A stretch of DNA of 60,897 bases, taken from contig JAHILT010000032.1 of assembly GCA_018896875.1 (NCBI GenBank), positions 1 to 60,897 on the forward strand, in the 5' to 3' direction. The position numbers were made by a program, and so were the translations under genes. Origin of the DNA: Patescibacteria group bacterium (GTDB lineage Bacteria; Patescibacteriota; Minisyncoccia; UBA6257; 02-FULL-45-10c). The notes beneath the pieces were generated by a model. It searched no databases. It was given only the letters and a program-made list of their open reading frames with translations, and was not told the origin of the DNA. Numbering within the stretch: the stretch's first letter is position 1; each line of letters starts with the position of its first letter. Below, piece by piece: positions 18,219 through 27,491 of the stretch.

Positions 18219-19013
18219 ATGTATAAAAGAAAACAAAAAACTTCTTGGGGAGAATCAGCTGAGTGGTATTCTGATTTATTGGAAAATGAAAAAAAAACAT
18301 ATCAAAGAGACTTGATTCTTCCTAATCTTCTTCGTCTTATGGATATTAAAAAAGCAGATATGGTTTTAGATTTGGCTTGTGGTCAAGGATTTTTTAGTCG
18401 TGAATTTTCCAATGTTGGTGCGAATGTAATTGGTGTTGACGTTTCTAAGGAACTTATAAATTTAGCAGAAAAAATTGAAAAAAATTCTTTAATAAAATAT
18501 AAGGTTTCGTCAGCAGATAATTTAAATTTTATAGTAGAAGATAGTATTGATAAAATAGTTATTATTTTAGCCATTCAGAATATTGAAAATGTTTCAGGAG
18601 TTTTTAAAGAATGTAGGAGGGTATTAAAATCAAAGGGAAAATTATTTATAGTTATTAATCATCCGTCCTTTAGAGTGCCTAAACAAAGTAGTTGGGAATG
18701 GGACGCAGAAAAGAATATCCAATATAGAAGGATTGATGGATATCTTTCTGAGTCAAGAGTTAAAATTCAAATGCATCCTGGTGATAAGCCGAAAGAAAGC
18801 ACTACTTCTTTCCACAGGCCACTTCAGTTTTATTCTAAAGCTTTAAGAAAAAATAATTTTGCTATAACGAAACTTGAAGAATGGAATTCTACTAAAAAAA
18901 GTCAGCCTGGACCTAGAGCTAAGGCGGAGAACATAGCAAGAAAAGAAATTCCTATGTTTATGTTTTTAGAAGTAAGAACCTATCTTGATAATAATCCTCA
19001 AACGCGTTGCTAA
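18219..19013 (+). CDS. class I SAM-dependent methyltransferase
   Basis: Motif I VLDLACGQGFFS. The last roughly 12 codons are encoded by the left arm of the repeat at 18974-19010, so the native C-terminus is uncertain. Confidence 0.8.
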   Translation: MYKRKQKTSWGESAEWYSDLLENEKKTYQRDLILPNLLRLMDIKKADMVLDLACGQGFFSREFSNVGANVIGVDVSKELINLAEKIEKNSLIKYKVSSADNLNFIVEDSIDKIVIILAIQNIENVSGVFKECRRVLKSKGKLFIVINHPSFRVPKQSSWEWDAEKNIQYRRIDGYLSESRVKIQMHPGDKPKESTTSFHRPLQFYSKALRKNNFAITKLEEWNSTKKSQPGPRAKAENIARKEIPMFMFLEVRTYLDNNPQTRC

Positions 19014-19247
19014 GATAAGTTGAAAATTTCAAGGCTTGCTGACGAGCTAGTGGTGTATACCACAGCGAGGAAGCATAACACAGAAATTTTCAATCTTAGA
19101 TAGCAACCCTTCGGGATACTGCAAGTTTTGTTTATAACTGTGTCGCTCGTCGGAAATATAGCTAAAGCTATAAATTTCCTCCTCGCTCCTTGTTCTGGAC
19201 AAAGTTGGCAAGTATCGCGTTAGGAATTACTATTAAGATAGGTTCTT
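18974..19247 (-). repeat. structured palindromic module, intergenic copy III (core on the minus strand) inside a 37-nt inverted repeat
   Basis: Arms 18974-19010 and 19208-19247 (first 13 nt perfect). Core 19021-19092 (minus sense) is homologous to 25325-25388. Partner half-module at 19138-19192. Confidence 0.7.
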
Positions 19248-19265
19248 ATATAAGTTCTAGATAAA

Positions 19266-19700
19266 ATGAAAATAAAAATACAAAAAATAAATGAAGAAGC
19301 TATTATCCCTTTTTATGCCCATAAGGGCGATGCAGGTATGGATATTTTTTCTATTGAAGAAAAAATAATCAAACCAAAAGAAAGAGTATTAATTTCTACT
19401 GGATTAAAATTTGAGATTCCGATTGGATACGAAATGCAAATACGTCCTAAGTCTGGTCTAGCTTTAAACTATGGAATAACTGTTTTGAATACTCCTGGCA
19501 CGATAGATGCTGGATATAGAGGCGAACTAAAAGTTATTTTATTTAATTCTTCTAGAGAAGACTATCTTGTCAGCAAAGGAACTAAAGTTGCTCAAGCTAT
19601 TATCGCTAAAGTTGAAGAAGCCGAAATTGAGGAAGTTGAAGATATTTGTGAAAGCTCTAGAGGGGATGGTGGGTTTGGCTCTACGGGATTAGTTAAGTAA
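19266..19700 (+). CDS. dut: dUTP diphosphatase
   Basis: GDAGMD, GTIDAGYRGE and C-terminal RGDGGFGSTG motifs. Confidence 0.95.
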   Translation: MKIKIQKINEEAIIPFYAHKGDAGMDIFSIEEKIIKPKERVLISTGLKFEIPIGYEMQIRPKSGLALNYGITVLNTPGTIDAGYRGELKVILFNSSREDYLVSKGTKVAQAIIAKVEEAEIEEVEDICESSRGDGGFGSTGLVK

Positions 19701-19708
19701 TTTAATCA

Positions 19709-20392
19709 ATGAAAAATATTTTTGCTTTTTACAAACCAAAAGGAATTACTTCTAATGACGCTGTACAAAAAGTTAAGCGTCTTATAGGTATTAAAAAATT
19801 AAAAGTAGGACATGCCGGAACACTTGATCCTTTAGCCGAAGGAATTTTAGTAATTGCAGTTGGAAGAGAGGCAACAAAAAAAATAAGCGAAATAGTTAAA
19901 AAAGAAAAAGAATATATTGCGGAAATAACCTTAGGGCTTGAAAGCACAACGGATGATGCCGAAGGGGAAAAAACTAGGACCTATCCTGAACTTGTCGAAG
20001 GGTTTGAAAAACCAACAATTGAAAATATTAAAGATTCTTTTAAGGAATTTATTGGAAATATAAAACAAATTCCACCTATTTATAGTGCTATAAAAATTTC
20101 AGGGAAAGAGGCTTATAAATATGCTCGCAAAGGGCTGTTAGTAGAAATGAAGTCGCGTGAAGTAGAAATAAAAAATATAGAACTTTTGGAATATTTTTGG
20201 CCAGTATTAAAAATTAAAGTTTTAACTGGACCAGGAGTTTATATAAGGTCTTTAGCTAGAGACTTAGGAAGAAGTCTTAAGGTAGGAGGATATCTTTCTG
20301 GTTTAGAAAGAATAAGAATTGGTGATTATGTGAAAGAAGACGCTATTCCAATGGAAAAATTACCAGAATTTGTGTCTCACTTGGAGTTTTAA
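19709..20392 (+). CDS. truB: tRNA pseudouridine(55) synthase
   Basis: GHAGTLDPLAEGIL catalytic motif and IPPIYSAIK. Confidence 0.9.
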   Translation: MKNIFAFYKPKGITSNDAVQKVKRLIGIKKLKVGHAGTLDPLAEGILVIAVGREATKKISEIVKKEKEYIAEITLGLESTTDDAEGEKTRTYPELVEGFEKPTIENIKDSFKEFIGNIKQIPPIYSAIKISGKEAYKYARKGLLVEMKSREVEIKNIELLEYFWPVLKIKVLTGPGVYIRSLARDLGRSLKVGGYLSGLERIRIGDYVKEDAIPMEKLPEFVSHLEF

Positions 20393-20404
20393 TGTTTAAT
20401 TTTA

Positions 20405-20450
20405 CCCCCACACCTAATCTATTAAATTAATTAGGTGTGGGGGTTATAAT
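20405..20450 (+). terminator. intrinsic terminator (CCCCCACACCTAAT-family hairpin)
   Basis: CCCCCACACCTAAT (20405-20418) pairs perfectly with ATTAGGTGTGGGGG (20430-20443), followed by a T-rich tract. Confidence 0.65.
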
Positions 20451-20505
20451 TTTGGATTTTGTGGTAAAATTAAAGATAAGGTCGTTATTTATTTTAAAAA
20501 TATTT

Positions 20506-20718
20506 ATGATTAATAAATTAAAAACTTTAGATATTATTGCTTTGGTCTTTGTAATTATTGGTGGTTTAAATTGGGCATTTGTCGCTTTTAGTCCAAATTA
20601 TAATTTAGTTGAAATGCTTTTAGGCTCAATTCCAGCATTAGCGCAATTTATTTATTTATTAATAGGATTAGCCGCGATTTATTTAGCTGTTGTAATGTAC
20701 AAATTTGCTAGAAAATAA
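20506..20718 (+). CDS. DUF378-family small membrane protein
   Basis: ORF 20437..20718 starts inside the terminator hairpin; the ATG at 20506 gives MINKLKTLDIIALVFVIIGGLNWAFVAF, typical of DUF378. Confidence 0.6.
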   Translation: MINKLKTLDIIALVFVIIGGLNWAFVAFSPNYNLVEMLLGSIPALAQFIYLLIGLAAIYLAVVMYKFARK

Positions 20719-20743
20719 TTTAGTTAAATTTTTTCATTATAGA

Positions 20744-20962
20744 ATGAAGATCTCTGTAATAGTTAAAACAAATTCCAAAAAACTTGGCGTTGAAAAAATA
20801 GATGAATCTAATTTCGTTGTCCGAGTTAAAGAACTGCCCATAAAGGGAAGAGCGAACGAGGCTGTCAAAAATATTTTGGCTGAATATTTTAGTGTGGCAT
20901 CATGGCGTATTGAAATTATCGGAGGAGCTACATCTAATAAAAAATATATAATTATAAATTAG
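20744..20962 (+). CDS. DUF167 (YggU-like) family protein
   Basis: From the ATG at 20744: MKISVIVKTNSKK...ELPIKGRANEAV...LAEYF, as in YggU proteins. Confidence 0.6.
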   Translation: MKISVIVKTNSKKLGVEKIDESNFVVRVKELPIKGRANEAVKNILAEYFSVASWRIEIIGGATSNKKYIIIN

Positions 20963-20969
20963 CTTGTTT

Positions 20970-21995
20970 ATGTATAAAATCACTTCATTTATTATCGCAA
21001 AAATCAATAAGGTTAAAAAAGGTATAGAATTGCCGATGCCTTTGCCTACCAAGAGTGGCCCACATTATATGACAAAATCCATGCCTTCCCAGCTTGTTAT
21101 TGGACAGAAGAAAGCGATGGTAGCGAATCATGAAGTAGAGCTTGTTATAAAAAGCTATTCTTCTGATACGGTTATGATAGAAGGGAGCATAGAACTTGAA
21201 GACATATTTGCCGATAACGTGCTTCATCTAAAATCAGAGCTTTTGAATGCATGTTTTGAATATGGAGAAAAAAAAGGAGCGCAAACTGAGACAGGAGAGG
21301 AATTTACAGTTTATCAAGTTTCTGGTTATACAGGCAGTCCAGAATTATTTTTAAAAAAATATTCTAATAAAATTGCCAATCTTTTGAAATCCGAGAAATT
21401 AGAATTAGACGAGAAAGAAATTGAGTACACTTTTTCTTTTCAATTTAAATATGCTAAAGATGATTTAACGATTATAGATTGGGATGGAGCGTTTTTATTT
21501 GATCCCAAAGGAGATTTTGAGGAGTCTATCGATCTTTTTCAACTCGCTAGTTTTCAATTATTGCGTTATCGTATTTTAGATGAAGACTTAAGTGAAAGAA
21601 TCCAGAAGGCATATAAGCTTATACAACTTAATGAGCATAAGGGATTTTTTGCGAAGTTTAAAACCAAAGAAGTGTCCCAGGCTTTTAAAGAAATAATACG
21701 TATTCGTTCGCAATCCATCTCTCAATTTGAAGCCTTAGATAGAGATATTAAATTAATTGGAGATTGGTATTCTGCGAGGATTTATGACCTTCTTTCTAAA
21801 AAATTTAAATTGGATATTTGGGCCAATAATGTAAAAAGAAAATTAGATACGCTAGAAGATATTTATACGATTGTCTCGGAAAATCTTGGTATGTCCAAGA
21901 TACAGGTGGCGGAATTTGTTCAAATAGGAGTATTCTTTATTTTACAAATTGGTTGGTTCGTTCTTATAATTCTAGAGTTCTTTTATTTTACATAA
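20970..21995 (+). CDS. hypothetical protein with C-terminal TM anchor (possibly RMD1/DUF155-like)
   Basis: About 341 aa from the ATG at 20970. C-terminal helix FVQIGVFFILQIGWFVLIILEFFYF. The family assignment is tentative. Confidence 0.55.
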   Translation: MYKITSFIIAKINKVKKGIELPMPLPTKSGPHYMTKSMPSQLVIGQKKAMVANHEVELVIKSYSSDTVMIEGSIELEDIFADNVLHLKSELLNACFEYGEKKGAQTETGEEFTVYQVSGYTGSPELFLKKYSNKIANLLKSEKLELDEKEIEYTFSFQFKYAKDDLTIIDWDGAFLFDPKGDFEESIDLFQLASFQLLRYRILDEDLSERIQKAYKLIQLNEHKGFFAKFKTKEVSQAFKEIIRIRSQSISQFEALDRDIKLIGDWYSARIYDLLSKKFKLDIWANNVKRKLDTLEDIYTIVSENLGMSKIQVAEFVQIGVFFILQIGWFVLIILEFFYFT

Positions 21996-22073
21996 TATAT
22001 AAAATAAAAAAGAATTTAAGATATAGTGTAATTTTCCAATAAATCAGTTAAAATAATTTATTAATTATTTTAT

Positions 22074-22144
22074 GGGCCTATAGTCCAGTGGTAGAACACG
22101 GCATTCGCATTGCTGAGACGGCGGTTCGATTCCGCCTAGGTCCA
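22074..22144 (+). tRNA. tRNA-Ala (anticodon CGC)
   Basis: Acceptor GGGCCTA/TAGGTCC with the G3:U70 identity pair, anticodon loop TTCGCAT, T-loop TTCGATT. No CCA. Confidence 0.85.
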
Positions 22145-22231
22145 CTAGATTAAACAAAGAGGAATCTAGTTTCGATGGTTTAATTTATTTCTTTTTAAGA
22201 AAAGAGATGTGTTATAATTTTGATTATTAAA

Positions 22232-22747
22232 ATGTGCAAAAAAATATTAATTTATTTCTTTTTTATATTTGGTGTTAGTGTTTTTTTTGTAGAAAAAGTT
22301 TTTGCTATATGTCCTGTTTGTACGGTAGGAGTAGCTTCGGGATTAGGATTGTGTCGTTGGGTGGGAATTGCTGATTTAATTACGGGGCTTTGGATAGGCG
22401 GCTTAACAGTTTCTGTTATTATTTGGACGCTTGATTGGTTTAAAAAAAAGAAATTAAATTTTAAAGGCATTAAAATTTTAACAATAATAGGATACTATGC
22501 ATTAGTTGTTGTCCCCCTTTATTACACTGAAATTATTAGCAATTCTATAAGTGCTTTGTATTATTGTTTATCAGACAATTTATTAATAGGAATTATTATA
22601 GGTAGTGCAGGTTTTTATTTTGGTGCTAGTTGGTACAATTTTCTTAAAGAAAAAAATAATGGACATGCTTATTTCCCTTTTCAAAAAGTTGCTATGCCAA
22701 TCGGTATATTAATTATTTTAACGGTTATAATTTATTTATTTGTATAA
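22232..22747 (+). CDS. hypothetical multi-pass membrane protein
   Basis: ATG at 22232 within ORF 22220..22747. CPVC motif right after the first TM helix, then several further TM segments. Confidence 0.5.
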   Translation: MCKKILIYFFFIFGVSVFFVEKVFAICPVCTVGVASGLGLCRWVGIADLITGLWIGGLTVSVIIWTLDWFKKKKLNFKGIKILTIIGYYALVVVPLYYTEIISNSISALYYCLSDNLLIGIIIGSAGFYFGASWYNFLKEKNNGHAYFPFQKVAMPIGILIILTVIIYLFV

Positions 22748-22841
22748 TTTATTAGTTTTTTATTCTTTGTTATAATTAGAAGCAGATTTCAAGGTCGAAT
22801 GTTATATTAAATTATTATTAAGATAGATTTAAATTAAAACA

Positions 22842-23522
22842 ATGTTAATACAAACTTGGACAGAAGTTCTAGTTGGTTCCCTTCAAAGTTTATGGATTCA
22901 ATTAGTTGCTTTTTTGCCATCGTTAATAGGATCTTTAATCATCTTTATCATTGGATTAGTGGTTGCTTCTGGGGCTAGTTCTTTAATTGAGAAATTAGTC
23001 AAAGCGGTAAAGCTTGATAATTTTCTAAGAAGAGTCGGAATAGAAGAATATACCAAAAGAGCTAAGCTGGAACTTAATTCTGGATACTTACTAGGACAAG
23101 TAGCTTATTGGTTCTTGGTATTAGTATTCTTTTCTGCCGCTGCTGATGTTTTAAAGTTTTATGTTTTGTCTGGTTTCATTAGGGATATTTTAAATTATCT
23201 TCCAAGCTTAATAGTCGCTGTTTTGGTGATGGTTATTGCTTTAATTGCCGCTAATTTGGTTAAGAAGATTGTTAAGGCATCTGTGATGGGAGCTAGGATT
23301 GAAGCAGCTAAATTACTTGCTGCAATTTCATGGTGGATTATTGTAATTTTTGGAATATTAATATCCTTAAATCAATTAGGCGTTGCTGTGGCAATAATAA
23401 ATACTGTTATTACAGGCCTCATTGCTATGGGAGCTCTTGCTGGAGGTCTAGCATTTGGTCTTGGAGGCAAGGATCATGCTACTCGTCTTTTGCAAAAAAT
23501 AGAGGACGAAATCAAAGAATAA
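22842..23522 (+). CDS. membrane protein with repeated conserved TM-helix motifs (mechanosensitive-channel N-terminal-like)
   Basis: 226 aa with repeated amphipathic/TM segments (LPSLIGSLIIFIIGLVVA, LPSLIVAVLVMVIALIAA). Confidence 0.55.
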   Translation: MLIQTWTEVLVGSLQSLWIQLVAFLPSLIGSLIIFIIGLVVASGASSLIEKLVKAVKLDNFLRRVGIEEYTKRAKLELNSGYLLGQVAYWFLVLVFFSAAADVLKFYVLSGFIRDILNYLPSLIVAVLVMVIALIAANLVKKIVKASVMGARIEAAKLLAAISWWIIVIFGILISLNQLGVAVAIINTVITGLIAMGALAGGLAFGLGGKDHATRLLQKIEDEIKE

Positions 23523-23531
23523 AATTCTTTT

Positions 23532-23570
23532 AAAAAACTCTCTTTTATATCTTTATACAGAGAGTTTTTT
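23532..23570 (+). terminator. intrinsic terminator
   Basis: AAAAACTCTC pairs with GAGAGTTTTTT; the stem core is CTCTC (23538-23542) with GAGAG (23560-23564). Confidence 0.6.
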
Positions 23571-23584
23571 ATTGGGCAAAAGAT

Positions 23585-23612
23585 TTGACTTTTTTTTGGT
23601 CTTGTATATAAT
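23585..23612 (+). promoter_or_regulatory. sigma70-like promoter upstream of the 23S-5S operon
   Basis: TTGACT (23585-23590), 16-nt spacer, TATAAT (23607-23612). Confidence 0.55.
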
Positions 23613-23687
23613 TACCGATACTTGATGAATACTTATCTACATACTAAAATACTACGCGGATAGCTGAAATTTTTTGTTGTGTTTGAC

Positions 23688-23711
23688 AACCGCGTTGATT
23701 GCGGTTTTTTT
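23688..23711 (+). terminator. terminator-like hairpin inside the rRNA leader
   Basis: AACCGC-GTTGATT-GCGGTT followed by a T7 run, about 75 nt downstream of the promoter -10. Confidence 0.45.
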
Positions 23712-23958
23712 ATCTCTAGTAAATTTAAAATAAAATAAAGTAAATTGGTTATTCTCAAATCTTTCCATTTTTAATTAAATAGAAAAATTTGAGAGCGACT
23801 AACAGATTTGGTGGTTTAGCGGATAGTAATTTGATAAAGCGAATCTGGAAACAGACTAGCTATATAAGGCATATAATAATGCATCGCAATTTAGTCTTTT
23901 CGAGATGTATTATTAAGATTTCGTATGGGAATGAAATCGATTTCGTATTAAATTAATA

Positions 23959-23984
23959 TGGAATAAATTTTGACTTAAGAGGTC
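23959..23984 (+). other. 5' arm of the 23S processing stem
   Basis: TGGAATAAATTTTGACTTAAGAGGTC is complementary to 27838-27863 (GACCTCTTAAGTTAGAATTTATTCCA), with about 2 mismatches. Confidence 0.75.
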
Positions 23985-24228
23985 AGACGTTTCTTTATTG
24001 AAACGATAAATTAAGGGCGTATGGTGGATGCCTTGGCATCAAAAGGCGATGAAGGACGTGGTGTAGCTGCGATAAGCTTCGGGGAGGTGTTTAGCAACCT
24101 TTGATCCGGAGATTTCCGAATGGGGTAACCTAATTGCGTAAACCGCAATTGCTTTATTTCGTAAGAAATAGAGAGCGTATCCGCTGAAGTGAAACATCTC
24201 AGTAAGCGGGAGAATAAAAAACAATAGT

Positions 24229-24260
<32 letters not shown>

Positions 24261-24691
24261 GAGCCCAAACTTGAAGAGAAATTATTAAAATCCGAAATTT
24301 GTGATTCGAAATTAAATTTGATGATCTGTTCGGTCGTTTTAGTAGTCAATTTTTGAGGGTTGTAAGATAGAAACTTTTTCAAAATCATCGAATAGCGAAC
24401 AAAGTTTAGTTAGCTATTCGTTGATTTCGAGAGGAGAGTTACAAAATTAATTTTTAATTGAATCTGCTGGAAAGCGGAACCATAGAGAGTGATAGTCTCG
24501 TAAATAAAAAAAATTAATCTTTCTGTTTCTACCGGTTTATTAAATATCTTCGGATATTTAATAAAAAATCCGGCGAACCAGCAAGGAGAGCTAAATTAGT
24601 TTTTCTTGCTGGTTCTATCTTGAGTACTGCGAGGCCAATAAACCTTGCAGGAAGCAACGAGTACTAATCTCGTGAGGCTAAATACTTTTGA

Positions 24692-24732
<41 letters not shown>

Positions 24733-25171
24733 CAGCCCGGCGAGGGCGTTGAAATAGTACCTGAAACCATATGCTTACAAGGACTCGAAGCCTAAAATGT
24801 ATTCCGCACACAATTAATAACAAGCGGTTGTTTTTTGTGTGCGGAATATATGTGGGTAACGTGGTGCCTATTGAAGAATGAGCCAACGACTTTATGTAAA
24901 TGGCAGGCTAACCTGGTAGAAACGGGGGAGCCATAGGGAAACCGAGTGTTAATAGCGCGAACGTCTCGCAAGAGACAATGTCTTTTATGTAAGACCCGAA
25001 GCCAAGCGAGCTTGCCCTGGACAGGATGAGCCCTGACTAAACATCAGGAGGAGGTCCGAACTAGTAGATCGTGCAACATCTTTAGATGATCTGGGGTAAG
25101 AAGTGAAAAGCTAATCGAGCTTGGTGATAGCTGGTTCTCTCCGAAACAGTTTTTGGACTGGCGGCAACTCA

Positions 25172-25438
25172 GTGACCTTTGAATAAATCCAACGATTATT
25201 GGCCAGAAAGATTTTTTATTCTGGCTAGACGCAAGAAGTGATGTGTGTCTTTAGACACATGAGCGACGAGCAACAACGCTAGAATAAAAAAGATTCTGGC
25301 TCGCAGAGAAACTCAAAATTAAACGAGTTCTGCGTTGCTTCTCCTCAGCGTGGTATAAACCACAGCTTCGTCGTCGCGTCTTAAACTCATTTTAATTTAT
25401 GAGTTTCCAATATATCGCTGTATTTATTCAGAGGTCAC
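25172..25438 (+). repeat. roughly 250-nt helix-tip insertion in 23S domain II carrying the structured palindromic module
   Basis: Base stem GTGACCTTTGAATAAAT...ATTTATTCAGAGGTCAC just 5' of the conserved GGGGGTAGAGCACTG. Contains antisense half 25228-25279 and sense core 25325-25388. Confidence 0.8.
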
Positions 25439-27235
25439 GTAAGTTTTTTGGGGGTAGAGCACTGGATGGTTGACACAGGACGAAAGTCCGGTCGACCAAT
25501 CAAACTCCGAATACCAAAAAATATAGTTGCTAGTTAGACTGCGGGGGCAAAGCTCCGTGGTCGCAAGGGAAAAAGCCCAGATCGCCATCTAAGGTCCCCA
25601 AATTCTTGCTAAGTGTGAAAGGTAGTAATTAGCCATAGACAGATAGTAGGTTGGCTTAGAGGTAGCCATCCTTTAAAGAGTGTGTAACAACTCACTATTC
25701 GAATCCTTTTTTATTAAAGGATTGGTTAGTTGCGCCCAAAATTTACCGGGGCTAAGCAAGATACCGAAGATGCGAATTATCTTATTTTTAATAAGGTAGT
25801 GGTAGGAGAGCATTTCTATCTGCTGTGAAGCCGTACCCGTGAGGGGCGGTGGAGCGATGGGAAGAGAGAATGTTGGCATGAGTAATCCCAAATTGGGTGA
25901 GAAACCCAATCCCCGTAAATCCTAGGTTTCCGTGGCAATGGCAATCAACCACGGGTTAGGCGATCCTAAGGTCATGGCGAAAGCCGCAGCTGAAGGGAAA
26001 GATAGTTAATATTCTATCCCCTCTGGATAGTGCGATGGAGGGACGGAGGAAATAAGGTTGTGCGCCTTAATGGTTTGGCGTCACTGGTTTTAAGAAACGG
26101 CTTCTAGGCAAATCCGGAAGTCTGCTTTTAATAGCAAGTTTCGTAAATTGGAGTAAGGTTAAGTATTTACTTGACTAATACAATCGAATAGCCTCCCAAG
26201 AAAAACTTCTAAGGGTAATTTATTACTAAGCTATTTAGAGATCGTACCGTAAACCGACACAGGTGGATGAGGCGAGCAGCCTCAGGGGAACGAGTGAGTC
26301 TTCGTTAAGGAACTCGGCAAAAAAGCGGCCGTAAGTTCGCAATAAGGCCTGCCCTTCGTAAGAAGGGCCGCAGCTAAAGTATCTCTGGCGACTGTTTACC
26401 AAAAACACAGCTCCCTGCTAACTCGTAAGAGGATGTATAGGGGGTGACGCCTGACCGATGCGAGAAGGTTAACGGTGGGGGTGATATGCAGCAATGTGTA
26501 TTACTCACTACCCGAAGCCCTCGTCAATGTCGGCGGTAACTATAACCGTCCAAAGGTAGCGCAATTCCTTTTCAGGTAAGTTCTGAAGCGCATGAAAGGC
26601 GTAACGATCGGAGAACTGTCTCAACGAAGAGCTCGATGAAAATGCGATTCCCGTGAAGACGCGGGATACCTGCAGCAAGACGAAAAGACCCTAGGAGCTT
26701 TACTGTGTGTTGGTATTGATTTTAAGTATTTGATGCGTAGCGTATTGGGTAGGATTTGAAGTTTCACTTTCGGGTGGAATGGATCCGCCGATGAAACACC
26801 CATCTTCAAGTTTTTAAAGTCTAACCGATTAGGAATCTGGGATTTTCCCGGTAAGCCTAATTGAGACAGTGCCTGCTGGACAGTTTAAATGGGGCATTTT
26901 CCTCCTAAAGAGTAATGGAGGAGTTTATTAAGGTTGGCTTAGCCCGGATGGAAATCGGGCTGGACGCGTAAAGGCAAAAGCCAGCTTGACTGCAAGACTT
27001 ACAAGTCGCGCAGGCGCGAAAGCGGAACTTAGCGACCCGACAGCACTTTATAGAAAGGCTGGAGACAACGGATAAAAGTTACCCTAGGGACAACAGGCTA
27101 GTATCGTCCGAGAGTCCTTATCGACGACGATGCTCGGCACCTCGATGTCGGCTCGCCCTAGCGCGGGGCTGAAGAAGGTCCCAAGCGTATGGCTGTTCGC
27201 CATTTAAAAGGGCACGCGAGCTGGGTTCAAACCGT

Positions 27236-27491
27236 TGATGCGCTAATCATATAATATGATTAGATTGGCGTATGAACGGTTTGAGTCCGAGGAGCAAGAC
27301 ATCATTCACGGCGCTCATAAGAAGTAATTCTTATGAACCAAGTTAACTAATATCGGTGAAACCCTATAAGTGTGGGGTAATACCGAGGGAATTCTATTTT
27401 TATAGAAGCCCGTAGAGACTATACGTTAACCTCCTTATTAAAATAAGGATGAAGATATAGTCCAATGCACGTAGTAATACGTGGAAACATG
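27236..27491 (+). ncRNA. ORF-less group I intron candidate (256 nt) in the 23S
   Basis: Interrupts GGGTTCAAACCGT|CGTGAGACAGGTTGG. Follows a U and ends in G. Internal ACGGTTTG (27276-27283) complements the exon CAAACCGT (27228-27235). GNRA-capped hairpin at 27316-27335. Confidence 0.65.

Noticed and set aside
19039-19046. Hammerhead ribozyme core (CUGACGAG) in structured module copy III
   Set aside because: The required GAAA after stem II is replaced by GAGGAAG. The other two copies do not conserve CUGA.GA, and no cleavage-site triplet is in the right register.
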